Part shown: positions 8,780 to 17,232 of the stretch, piece after piece | How positions within the stretch are numbered: the stretch's first letter is position 1 | How the letters are laid out: every line of letters begins with the position of its first letter | Assembly: GCA_044450345.1 (NCBI GenBank) | Contig: JBIOIY010000046.1 | Span: 1 to 25,014 of the forward strand | Length of the DNA: 25,014 nucleotides | Direction of reading: 5' to 3' | From: Thermodesulfovibrionales bacterium | GTDB lineage: Bacteria; Nitrospirota; Thermodesulfovibrionia; Thermodesulfovibrionales; UBA6898 | Made by a program: the position numbers and the translations under genes | Notes under the pieces: generated by a model | The model's database searches: none | What the model saw: the letters and a program-made list of their open reading frames with translations, nothing else | What the model was told of the DNA's origin: nothing

Positions 8780-9209
8780 TTCTCTCCTTCAAATATCTGA
8801 CCAGTCTGAGGCGGTTGCCGATTTTTTTCCTTCCATCGAATTCAAAAACGTCGAAGCACCTCTTGATCAAATGGACGCCGAGCCCTCCGGGCCTCACCTC
8901 CTCGAGTTTCCTTCCCGTTATCCCCCGGGGGTCGGCCTTGATGCCGGTGTCTTCAATGACCACCTCGAACCGCTCGCGGTCGACCTTATACCGGACAACG
9001 ATCTTTTTGCCGGCGTCTCCCCCATATGCATACTTTATTACATTCGCGCAGGCTTCATCAACCGCAAGTCTTATCTGCTCTATCATCTCCTCGCCGAGTC
9101 CGTGCATCTGCCCCATCTTTGCCGTCACCTCTCTCACTACACAGAGGTACTTGGGATCGGAAGGCACTGTCACAACCACCGCGTTTTTTATCTCAGCCCC
9201 CCCATCCAA
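8754..9209 (-). CDS. rsbW: RsbW/SpoIIAB-like serine kinase (HATPase_c_2)
   Basis: LAVDEACANVIKYAY (N box), IEDTG (G1), RPGGLGVHLI (G2). TTG start is uncertain. Confidence 0.9.
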   Translation of the reverse strand: MDGGAEIKNAVVVTVPSDPKYLCVVREVTAKMGQMHGLGEEMIEQIRLAVDEACANVIKYAYGGDAGKKIVVRYKVDRERFEVVIEDTGIKADPRGITGRKLEEVRPGGLGVHLIKRCFDVFEFDGRKKIGNRLRLVRYLKERNEDRDNGT

Positions 9210-10482
9210 GTTCCACTATTGTCAAGTCGTCAGCTCTGTCCCCCATCCCCGAAAAATCATCGACATAATCGACAAGCCTGTCGATAAGCTGTTCCTCATA
9301 CATATGAGCCTTTACGAACTTGACGACTGTATCGAAGCCCAGCCTCTGTCCGTCCCTGTCCTTCGCATCAAAGACGCCGTCCGTCATCAGAAGAAGCCTG
9401 TCGCCGTTCCTCAGCGTGAAGACATCCGAAGGATATTCGGTCGATATGATCCCCAAAGGAGGACCGCCCGCAATAGACATAACCCTTACCTCGCCGTCCG
9501 AAAGCCACAAGAAAGGGGGATGCCCGGCAACCGCCACCTGAAAATTACCGTTTGTGGTGTCCACGACTACATAAATGCAGGTCAGGAACATCCCTCGCGG
9601 CGCCCCCGCCAGAGACACGTTCAGCCGGTCCAGGGCGGCCGAGGGCGAATCCGAAAGGCGTGAGATATATCTGAAATCGCTGCTCACCTTTGCCATATAA
9701 ATGGCGGCTGAAATACCCTTGCCGGAAACGTCTCCGATGAGGACCCCTGTCCTGTCCCCTGCCGGTTCGACAAAATCATAGATGTCTCCCCCGACCTTGG
9801 CGGCAGAGACGTTCTTCGCCGATACGGTGAGATTGCCCTTCCTGAAAACAGGGGAAGCCGGAAGAAAACTCTTCTGGATGGCGGACGCGATATCCAGCTC
9901 CTGTTTCATACGTTCCCTTTCGATCGATTCCTTGTGATAAAGGGAGTTCTCTATGGCTATCGCGAATTGCCTGCAGAGGAGCTGGAAAATCTCCATGTCG
10001 TAATCCTTCTTGGGGTTGATCACCTCCGCAACGCCGATAAGGCCGCCCCTGCCGATAAGAGGGACCGCGATAATGCTCTTTGTCGTAAAGCCGGTCAGTT
10101 TGTCGGCGTCTCTGCAAAATCTGTCGTCGGAACCGACATCTTCGATGACAAGCGGTTTGAGGTTCTCGGCCACCCACCCGGCGATGCCCTGACCCATGTC
10201 GAGAGTCACTTGCTTTTTCAGCAACTCCGAAGTTGAACCTTCCTCGCAGAGGGCAACCTCGAACTCGAGCTTGTTCGTGTCTTTGTTATAGATAAGAATG
10301 GAGCAGGCCCCGGCGTCCATGACGGCCTTCGCCTTTTCCATCACAATAGTGATCAATTCACTGAAATCGAGGGTAGAAGAGATGACCGACGAGAGCTCCA
10401 TCAGCGTCTTAAGGTCCTCAACCTTCTTTTCCATGCCCCTCAGGACCTCGCCGGATATTCCAACGGTAGGTTTTCTTACCAC
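9193..10482 (-). CDS. rsbU: GAF-domain PP2C/SpoIIE phosphatase (RsbU-like)
   Basis: N-terminal GAF (MGQGIAGWVAE..D.RF..TKSIIAVPL); PP2C motifs VGGDIYD, IGDVSGKG, MTDGVFD and DDLT. Start GTG 10482 or ATG 10434. Confidence 0.93.
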   Translation of the reverse strand: MVRKPTVGISGEVLRGMEKKVEDLKTLMELSSVISSTLDFSELITIVMEKAKAVMDAGACSILIYNKDTNKLEFEVALCEEGSTSELLKKQVTLDMGQGIAGWVAENLKPLVIEDVGSDDRFCRDADKLTGFTTKSIIAVPLIGRGGLIGVAEVINPKKDYDMEIFQLLCRQFAIAIENSLYHKESIERERMKQELDIASAIQKSFLPASPVFRKGNLTVSAKNVSAAKVGGDIYDFVEPAGDRTGVLIGDVSGKGISAAIYMAKVSSDFRYISRLSDSPSAALDRLNVSLAGAPRGMFLTCIYVVVDTTNGNFQVAVAGHPPFLWLSDGEVRVMSIAGGPPLGIISTEYPSDVFTLRNGDRLLLMTDGVFDAKDRDGQRLGFDTVVKFVKAHMYEEQLIDRLVDYVDDFSGMGDRADDLTIVELGWGG

Positions 10483-10567
10483 AGTTATGCATAACAGATT
10501 TTCGGAAGTTTTTCAAGGCAAAAGAGAACTGCTATCAGCATTCAGCTGTTAGCGATGCAGTCGGCGG

Positions 10568-10685
10568 TCATAACTCCCCCATTCCCCCTTTTACCTTTTC
10601 TCCTCGGCGAATCCGCCTGAGTGCGGAAAGAGGGGGTGCCGATCTCCGCAGGCGATCCGCCGAGGCGGAAGGCGAGGGCGTTACT
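10568..10685. repeat. Composite REP-like palindromic repeat, copy 1
   Basis: Homologous to 16985-17077 from TCATAACTCCCCC to GGGCGTTACT; the 44-bp core 10595-10638 is identical to 17012-17055. Confidence 0.85.
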
Positions 10686-10690
10686 TTAAA

Positions 10691-10716
10691 GGGCAACCAC
10701 ATGGGGATTGCCCTAC
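10691..10716 (-). repeat. GTAG-type REP hairpin
   Basis: Minus strand reads GTAGGGCAATCCCCATGTGGTTGCCC: a GTAG tetranucleotide followed by an imperfect palindrome. Confidence 0.6.
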
Positions 10717-10761
10717 AAGTCATGATTCACTGCCCGACAATTTACTATTCCCCATTCACGG

Positions 10762-10789
10762 TTCACGGTTAGCAATTAGCTGTTATAAT
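10762..10789 (+). promoter_or_regulatory. Sigma70-type promoter with extended -10 for the nodIJ-like operon
   Basis: TGTTATAAT at 10781-10789; TTCACG 16 nt upstream of the TATAAT; ATG follows 7 nt after the -10. Confidence 0.6.
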
Positions 10790-10796
10790 ACTACCT

Positions 10797-11528
10797 ATGC
10801 ATATCGTCGCCGCAAAAGACCTTACGAAGAACTACGGCGACCTGCGTGCGGTCGACCATATCGATTTCGAGATCGAAAAGGGCGAATGCTTCGGCTTCCT
10901 GGGCCCCAACGGCGCGGGCAAGACAACGGTCATGGGGGTGATATACTGTTTTATGCCTCCAACGTCGGGCGAGGTGAAGGTCTTCGGCATCGATGTCTGC
11001 AAGGACCCCTCCCGGATAAAATCGAGAATAGGGGTAATGCCCCAGGACGACAGCCTCGACCCCGACCTTTCGGTATTTGAAAACCTGATCGTCTACGCCA
11101 GATATTTCGATATCCCTAAGAAAGTCTCGGTCCCTTCTGCCAGGGAGCTACTTGAGTTCGTCGGGCTTGAGGACAAGGCGGACGTCGGGATCAAGGACCT
11201 CTCGGGCGGCATGAAGCGCAGACTGCTCCTCGCAAGGGCGCTCATCAACAATCCTGAACTTCTTATCTTCGACGAGCCGACCGTCGGCCTCGACCCCTAC
11301 AGCAGGCATTCGGTGTGGGAGAAGATGGAGGCGCTCAAATCAAAAGGGGTCACGCTTGTCCTGACGACACACTATATGGAAGAGGCGGAAAAGATCTGCG
11401 ACAGGGTGGCTATCATGAATTCGGGCAAGATCGTGACGATCGATACACCGTCGCATCTTATGGGCACGTACGAAGGCACCCTCGAAGAAGTATATCTGAA
11501 ACTCACGGGGAGGCCCCTTGCAGCTTAA
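10797..11528 (+). CDS. nodI: ABC-2 type exporter ATPase (NodI-like)
   Basis: GECFGFLGPNGAGKTT, IGVMPQDDSLDPDLSV, LSGGMKRRL, DEPTVGLDP, LTTHYMEEAE. Confidence 0.88.
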   Translation: MHIVAAKDLTKNYGDLRAVDHIDFEIEKGECFGFLGPNGAGKTTVMGVIYCFMPPTSGEVKVFGIDVCKDPSRIKSRIGVMPQDDSLDPDLSVFENLIVYARYFDIPKKVSVPSARELLEFVGLEDKADVGIKDLSGGMKRRLLLARALINNPELLIFDEPTVGLDPYSRHSVWEKMEALKSKGVTLVLTTHYMEEAEKICDRVAIMNSGKIVTIDTPSHLMGTYEGTLEEVYLKLTGRPLAA

Positions 11529-12273
11529 ACGCGCCTTCAGGGTCTGGCAGCGGCATGCGAAGGTCTACACCAAGCTCTATAAGTCGAGCATTGCCCTGAA
11601 CTTCGTGGAGCCGGTGCTATACCTTGCGGCCCTGGGCCTCGGCCTCGGCGCATACGTAAAAGAAATAAAGGGAGTACCTTACGTCAATTTCATTGCGCCT
11701 GGCATCATCGCCTCCTCCGCGATGTTCGCCGCGACCTATGAATGCTCCTACGGTACCTATGTGAGAATGACCTACCAGAAGACCTTTGACGCGATTTTGG
11801 CCACTCCGGTAAACGTCAATGACCTGATCGCCGGCGAGATGATGTGGGGAGCGACAAAGAGCATGCTCTACGGAACGATCATCATGATTGTCATCTCCGC
11901 CTTCGGCCTCGTCGGCTCCCCTCTTCTGACGGGTGCAATCCCTCTGCTATTTATAAGCGGCCTCATCTTTGCGGAAATATCCCTTATATTCGTCGCAATC
12001 GTCCCGGGCATCGACTCTTTCAACTATTTCTATACACTCCTGATGACCCCCATGTTCCTTTTCTCTGGCATCTTTTTCCCCGTCGACACGCTGCCTCCGC
12101 TTGTCGCCAAAATAGCCTTTTTCACCCCGCTCTATCATCTGGTCAATATCTGTCGGTCGTTCTCCTCCGGGGTGCCGATGAAATCCGCATGGGACATTCT
12201 CTGGATTGTCATCGTCGCACTGGTCCTCGCGCCCTATGCCTTCAGGCTCATGAGGAAGAGACTGGTAAGATAG
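11518..12273 (+). CDS. nodJ: ABC-2 type exporter permease (NodJ-like)
   Basis: EPVLYLAALGLGLG, YVNFIAPG, QKTFDAILATP, TPMFLFSGIFFP, PLYHLV. TTG start overlaps the nodI end. Confidence 0.88.
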   Translation: MQLKRAFRVWQRHAKVYTKLYKSSIALNFVEPVLYLAALGLGLGAYVKEIKGVPYVNFIAPGIIASSAMFAATYECSYGTYVRMTYQKTFDAILATPVNVNDLIAGEMMWGATKSMLYGTIIMIVISAFGLVGSPLLTGAIPLLFISGLIFAEISLIFVAIVPGIDSFNYFYTLLMTPMFLFSGIFFPVDTLPPLVAKIAFFTPLYHLVNICRSFSSGVPMKSAWDILWIVIVALVLAPYAFRLMRKRLVR

Positions 12274-12526
12274 CGTTTCACTGTCAGCGGCCTCAGATCC
12301 GCCTGCTTTGTTCAGCCAAGATGGGTCGCTACCAAAATTCGAACTGTCCCATTACCAATATTTCTTGCCATTTGAATTGGCCCGTAGTAACATCACAATA
12401 TGACTAGCTTCAGCTTTAACACACCGTATTCAATTCTCTTATGTTTTAGTATCTCTTATACCGGTATTTTGGAATTAAAAGCATTATTCATGTCTTATAT
12501 GTCTGATTAACAATAAGGAGGCCGTT

Positions 12527-14440
12527 ATGTCAATTGAAAAATCCGTTGATAACAAAAGCCTTGATCCTGCTGTCCAGCAGATGATCGCCAAGGCCGGGGA
12601 GAAGGGGATAACTACTGTATGGGACAGGTACGAAGCCATGAACCCTCAATGCGGGTATGGTGAATCCGGGCTTTGCTGCCGTAACTGCTTACAGGGACCG
12701 TGCAGGATAAACCCTTTCGGGGATGAGCCAAAAACAGGAATATGCGGCGCAACTGCGGACGTCATGGTAGCCAAGTGGCTCGACAGGGCGATAGCTGCCG
12801 GAACAGCCGCCCACTCCGGCCACGCTAAGCACCTTGCGCATACCATGATGAAGATGGCCAAGGGACTGGCCCCTGATTACAGCATAAAGGACACTGCTAA
12901 GCTCAAAGCAGTTGCAACTCGTATCGGAATTTCCGTTGAGGGCAGAACCGATATGGAGATCGCCGGAGATTTGGCTGCTGCTGCCCTCGCTGACTTCGCG
13001 GAGAAGGATACCCCTGTGCTGTGGGCAGCCACTGTGGTGACCGAGGGCCGTGTAAAGGCGCTTTCCGCCATAGGGGCCGTGCCGAAGGGAATAGACCATG
13101 AGGTTTCCGAGATCATGCACCGAACACTCTACGGGGTGGATGCCGACGCGGTGAATCTGCTTCTTGCGGGCATCAGGTGCGGCGTTGCGGATCTGGCCGG
13201 GTGCTATATGGGAACAGACCTTGCGGATATCATGTTCGGCACTCCCACTCCCGTGGTATCAAAAGCCAATATGGGAACGTTGAAGGCTGACATGGTCAAT
13301 ATCGCCGCCCATGGGCATAACCCGGTCCTCTCGGAGATGATTGTAACTGTTGCCGAAAACATGAAGCAGGAGGCTGTGGCTGCCGGGGCCACAGGGATAA
13401 ATGTAGTGGGCATATGCTGCACGGGGAATGAACTCCTGGAACGACATGCCATTCCTTCCTGTACGCATTCGGTGAGCCAGGAGATGGCGCTTCTGACGGG
13501 TGCCCTTGACGCAATCGTCGTCGACTACCAATGCATCATGCCCTCGCTCGTGACTGTTGCCGAATGTATGGGCTCGAAAATAATAACGACCATGGACATC
13601 TGCAAGATTACCGGGGCGGAGCATATTGAATTTACGGAAGAGGCCGCTGCTGAAAAGGCCAAACAGGCAATCAGGGTGGCCATCGAGGTATTCAAAAAGA
13701 GGAAAGGCCAGCCAGTAGACATCCCTGAGGTTCAAAGCAATGTCGTTGCAGGATTCTCGGCCGAGTCCATAGTGGCTGCACTTGCGAAAGTCGATGCAAA
13801 AGACCCGCTGAAGCCCCTTGTCGATAATATCAAAAACGGCAACATCCGGGGGGTCTGCCTGTTTGCCGGATGTAATAATGTCAAGGTGCCACAAGACAGG
13901 AACTTCAAGATAATGGCAGAGAAACTGCTTAAGGAAAACGTTCTTGTAGTTGCTACAGGATGCGGCGCAGGCGCGCTGATGAGACACGGCTTCATGGATC
14001 CGGCCAATGTAGGTAACTTGTGTGGAGACGGACTGAAGGCAGTGCTTACAGCCATTGGTGAAGCCAATGGACTTGGCGGCCCGCTTCCTCCGGTGCTGCA
14101 TCTTGGTTCATGTGTTGATAACTCGCGGGCCGTGGCGATCGTTGTTGCTCTCGCTAATTACCTGGGTGTGGATACTGACAAGCTGCCTGTTGTTGCCTCT
14201 GCCGCTGAGGCGGTATCCGAGAAAGCCGTGTCCATCGGTGTCTATGCCGTTGCCGCCGGACTGCCGACACACGTAGGGGTAATGCTGCCTGTCCTGGGCA
14301 GTCCTTCGGTTACTGAAATCCTTACTGACAAAGTGAAGGGACTGACAGGCGGATATTTCATTGTGGACCTGGACCCTGAATCAGCTGCTGATAAACTCTT
14401 ATCTGCAATCGATGAGCGCCGAAAAGGTCTGGGGCTCTGA
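12527..14440 (+). CDS. cooS: Anaerobic Ni-dependent carbon monoxide dehydrogenase catalytic subunit
   Basis: D/B-cluster motif CGYGESGLCCRNCLQGPC..GICG; catalytic AAHSGH; C-cluster ligands HGHNP, GICCTGNE, VVDYQC, AGCNN, ATGCG and GSCVDN; EKA; SD AAGGAGG upstream. Confidence 0.98.
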   Translation: MSIEKSVDNKSLDPAVQQMIAKAGEKGITTVWDRYEAMNPQCGYGESGLCCRNCLQGPCRINPFGDEPKTGICGATADVMVAKWLDRAIAAGTAAHSGHAKHLAHTMMKMAKGLAPDYSIKDTAKLKAVATRIGISVEGRTDMEIAGDLAAAALADFAEKDTPVLWAATVVTEGRVKALSAIGAVPKGIDHEVSEIMHRTLYGVDADAVNLLLAGIRCGVADLAGCYMGTDLADIMFGTPTPVVSKANMGTLKADMVNIAAHGHNPVLSEMIVTVAENMKQEAVAAGATGINVVGICCTGNELLERHAIPSCTHSVSQEMALLTGALDAIVVDYQCIMPSLVTVAECMGSKIITTMDICKITGAEHIEFTEEAAAEKAKQAIRVAIEVFKKRKGQPVDIPEVQSNVVAGFSAESIVAALAKVDAKDPLKPLVDNIKNGNIRGVCLFAGCNNVKVPQDRNFKIMAEKLLKENVLVVATGCGAGALMRHGFMDPANVGNLCGDGLKAVLTAIGEANGLGGPLPPVLHLGSCVDNSRAVAIVVALANYLGVDTDKLPVVASAAEAVSEKAVSIGVYAVAAGLPTHVGVMLPVLGSPSVTEILTDKVKGLTGGYFIVDLDPESAADKLLSAIDERRKGLGL

Positions 14441-14500
14441 TGTTATATGAGGTTCTCGGCAGCGATGAATGCGAACACAATATAAAATAAGGAGTATGCC

Positions 14501-15007
14501 ATGCATGAGCCAAAAGAAATATTTGTTGATATAAGCAGATGTACCGCATGCAAAACCTGCGAGATCGCATGTGCGGTTGCTCATTCCGAAAGCAAGAACC
14601 TTTACGGTGCATTGCTCGAAAAACCGGCACCCAAACGCAGAGTCTATGTGGAATGGGTGTCTCCTGATGCAAACGTGCCAATCCTCTGCCGTCACTGCGA
14701 GGACGCACCCTGCATGCATGCCTGTATCAGTGGGGCAATAAGTCGAAATGAGAAATCTGTCATTATTACAGATAGCGATAAATGTATAGGATGCTGGACC
14801 TGCGTAATGGTCTGTCCTTACGGTGTTATCGGCCGTCATCTGGAGACCCACAAGTCATATAGGTGCGACAGGTGTCCCGATAGAGAGACTCCTGCCTGTG
14901 TTGCTTCATGTCCTACAAAAGCGCTGATCTACAGGACCGTGGAATCATACTCAAGGGATGTCAGGAAAGATGCTGCTTCTGCAACGGTCGCGCGCGAGGG
15001 GAGGTAA
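14501..15007 (+). CDS. cooF: CooF-like 4x[4Fe-4S] electron transfer protein
   Basis: CTACKTCEIAC, CRHCEDAPCMHAC, CIGCWTCVMVCPYG, CDRC..PACVASCP; SD AAGGAG. Confidence 0.93.
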   Translation: MHEPKEIFVDISRCTACKTCEIACAVAHSESKNLYGALLEKPAPKRRVYVEWVSPDANVPILCRHCEDAPCMHACISGAISRNEKSVIITDSDKCIGCWTCVMVCPYGVIGRHLETHKSYRCDRCPDRETPACVASCPTKALIYRTVESYSRDVRKDAASATVAREGR

Positions 15008-15011
15008 AATT

Positions 15012-16262
15012 ATGCCGGACAATATGGATTACCTGATAATAGGCGGCAGCGCAGCAGGAATGGCGGCGGCACAGGTTATAAGGGAGCAGGATCCAAAGGG
15101 CACTATCATGGTGTTGTCGGAAGAGCCGGATATGCCGTATTTCAGGCCTATGATCCCCTATGTAGTGAGCGGCAAGAAAAAAGTGCAGAGCATAGGCCTT
15201 TCGGGTAACGGACCATATACAAGGGGTGGCATCGATATTCGCATCGGAGCAAGAGTCGATTCGGTGGATGTCTCTCGTCAAACGGTAAGCATCAACAGCA
15301 AGGACCGGCTGTCGTTCCGCAAGATCCTCTTTGCGACCGGCAGCCGTCCCTACATACCCCCGGAAATAGAGTCGACGGCTACGAAAGGTGTGTTCGCTCT
15401 TCGGACATTGGCCGATGCGAGGGCCATGGCTCAAAGGGCTGCCGACTCCGACCATGTCGTGATGCTCGGGGGCGGCTTGCTCAATCTCAAGGCGGCCTTT
15501 GCTCTTCTTGAAAGGGGATTGAAAGTCACTCTGGTGGTTAACTCTCCTGAGGTCCTTTCACAGCTTATGGACCCAGGGGATGCGGGATTGATCCGTAAAG
15601 CCCTTGATATGGCGGGACTCAAAATATTAACAGGGCGCAGTGCGAAAGGTATTATTTCAGATAAAAGCGGTGTTACTGGAGTTTCCCTTGATGACGGCTC
15701 TGAGATGCCATGCCGGATGATATGTATAGGAAAAGGGGTAAGGCCGAATATTGATTTTCTGTCCGGCAGTGAGATAGCAATAGACAAGGGTATTGTCGTG
15801 GACGGTTATACGGCCTGTAATAAGCCGCAGACATTTGCCGCCGGTGATGTGGCCGTTACATTTGATCCTGTGTCAGGCAAAAGGATAATGACCGGCCTCT
15901 GGACAAACGCGGTTGAGATGGGCAGATGTGCAGGCTATAACATGGCGGGGAGAAAGACCGCCTATTCCGGAACATTCGGGATTATGAATGCTACACAGGT
16001 TGCGGACACGCCTTTTGTCTCCATGGGCATTGTTCATACCAAAGATGCTGGTTATGAAGTGCATGTCCGTGCAACCGGATCAACCTACCGGAAGGTGGTT
16101 TTCAGCCCTGACGGTGAAAGACTGGTTGGGGTGGTATTTATAGGTGATATTACCGGCGCCGGGATGTACCGATATATCATCAGGGAGAAGATGCAGATCA
16201 ATAGGATTAAATCACATATTGTGGAGCAGAAACTGCATTATGGACATTTTCTAAAAAGCTGA
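15012..16262 (+). CDS. FAD-dependent NAD(P) oxidoreductase (NirB N-terminal/rubredoxin reductase-like), CODH-associated
   Basis: IIGGSAAG, ATGSRP, MLGGGLLNLK and FAAGDV motifs. ATG 15012 is preceded by GGAGGT, so the track start at 14958 is unlikely. Confidence 0.92.
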   Translation: MPDNMDYLIIGGSAAGMAAAQVIREQDPKGTIMVLSEEPDMPYFRPMIPYVVSGKKKVQSIGLSGNGPYTRGGIDIRIGARVDSVDVSRQTVSINSKDRLSFRKILFATGSRPYIPPEIESTATKGVFALRTLADARAMAQRAADSDHVVMLGGGLLNLKAAFALLERGLKVTLVVNSPEVLSQLMDPGDAGLIRKALDMAGLKILTGRSAKGIISDKSGVTGVSLDDGSEMPCRMICIGKGVRPNIDFLSGSEIAIDKGIVVDGYTACNKPQTFAAGDVAVTFDPVSGKRIMTGLWTNAVEMGRCAGYNMAGRKTAYSGTFGIMNATQVADTPFVSMGIVHTKDAGYEVHVRATGSTYRKVVFSPDGERLVGVVFIGDITGAGMYRYIIREKMQINRIKSHIVEQKLHYGHFLKS

Positions 16263-16434
16263 TGCAATTCACAAAAGTCAAATTGGGTCACTCATAAAAG
16301 GCCATCCCGTCAAGAGCAAATAATAATCCATAGCGCACAATATGGTTTTTTGTCTCTCCTTTTCTCCAATTTCCTTAAACCAGTATATCACGGGAAAAAC
16401 CCCTATGCTCGGCCAAATAACCTACTCTGGAACC

Positions 16435-16443
16435 TGATATAAT
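16435..16443 (+). promoter_or_regulatory. Extended -10 promoter element
   Basis: TGATATAAT 11 nt before ATG 16455; no SD in between. Confidence 0.45.
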
Positions 16444-16454
16444 TTTCAGTAGCG

Positions 16455-16904
16455 ATGAGAAAAAAACCGAGTGCACTGATTTTGATCTCTGTTCTCTTTT
16501 CGATTTGCTGTTATGCGTGTGGTCCAGGAGAGATACCAAAAAGTAAGGTGGAAAAAATAGAACTTTTTTTAAGAGAGGTGGTGAAGGACAACCGGGAGGA
16601 AGATTACCGGGGTCACGGCATACATATTTCGGTCCTTGTAACCGGGATAAAAATAGAGAGGATCACCAAAGGAGAAACCTCACAAGACAATGAGTATTTT
16701 GTCCACGGGAAGGTCTCTTATAGGATCAAAGGGAAGAGGAGGTGGGAGGACAAAGAAGGGAACGTCATTGAATTGGAACCTGAACAGGAGATTACACACT
16801 GGTTCAGCTGCGGAATTCTCGAAGATAAATATATCGGTCTCCTGTTTAAAGACAAAAAGAACCGTCTTACATTTTATGCGGACAACCCATTAAATGAATC
16901 TTAA
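16455..16904 (+). CDS. Hypothetical lipoprotein
   Basis: Basic N-terminus, hydrophobic stretch, lipobox-like CYAC; soluble charged body; no family recognised. Confidence 0.7.
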   Translation: MRKKPSALILISVLFSICCYACGPGEIPKSKVEKIELFLREVVKDNREEDYRGHGIHISVLVTGIKIERITKGETSQDNEYFVHGKVSYRIKGKRRWEDKEGNVIELEPEQEITHWFSCGILEDKYIGLLFKDKKNRLTFYADNPLNES

Positions 16905-16935
16905 GCGCGTCGATGTCCGTGCTCACTGTAATCTG

Positions 16936-17123
16936 TCAGTTATGGGTTATATCAGCAAAATCTCCCCTCGCCCCTCTTTTGGAATCATAACTCCCCCTAC
17001 CCCCCTCTTATCTTTTCTCCTCGGCGAATCCGCCTGAGTGCGGAAAGAGGGGGTGGCCGAAGGCCGGGGGCGTTACTGCCAAGGGGGGAAAAGGATATCT
17101 CTCATTTCCCTACCCGTAACTGA
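16936..17123. repeat. Nested repeat: outer inverted repeat, REP-like hairpin, composite repeat copy 2 (16985-17077)
   Basis: TCAGTTATGGGT (16936-16947) / ACCCGTAACTGA (17112-17123) inverted repeat, 11/12. Inside, ATCTCCCCTCGCCCCTCTTT...GCCAAGGGGGGA is split by the copy-2 repeat. Confidence 0.75.
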
Positions 17124-17232
17124 AGGGGTACCTCTGCATTTCAACATGTCTTGCTTTCCGCTCCACAACGTGATTAAATGGTTAAGAGATAGAGAGTCTT
17201 AAATAAATTATTTGCAGCATATGGGGTGAGAT

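Noticed and set aside
10530..10785. CRISPR-like or iteron array from short repeats (ATTCACG GTTCACG GTTAGCA; CATTCAG CTGTTAG)
   Set aside because: Degenerate heptamer runs with no constant repeat/spacer structure and no cas genes.
10797..12273. Nodulation (Nod factor) function
   Set aside because: No nodABC; NodIJ-like exporters are widespread in non-symbionts.
12380..12510. CooA/CRP/Rex operator upstream of cooS
   Set aside because: Only half-sites (TCACAA, TGTC); no convincing palindrome.
10568..17077. The two homologous repeats as ends of a composite element that mobilised nodIJ and the coo operon
   Set aside because: They are short REP-like units probably dispersed genome-wide; no target duplication, transposase or integrase in between.
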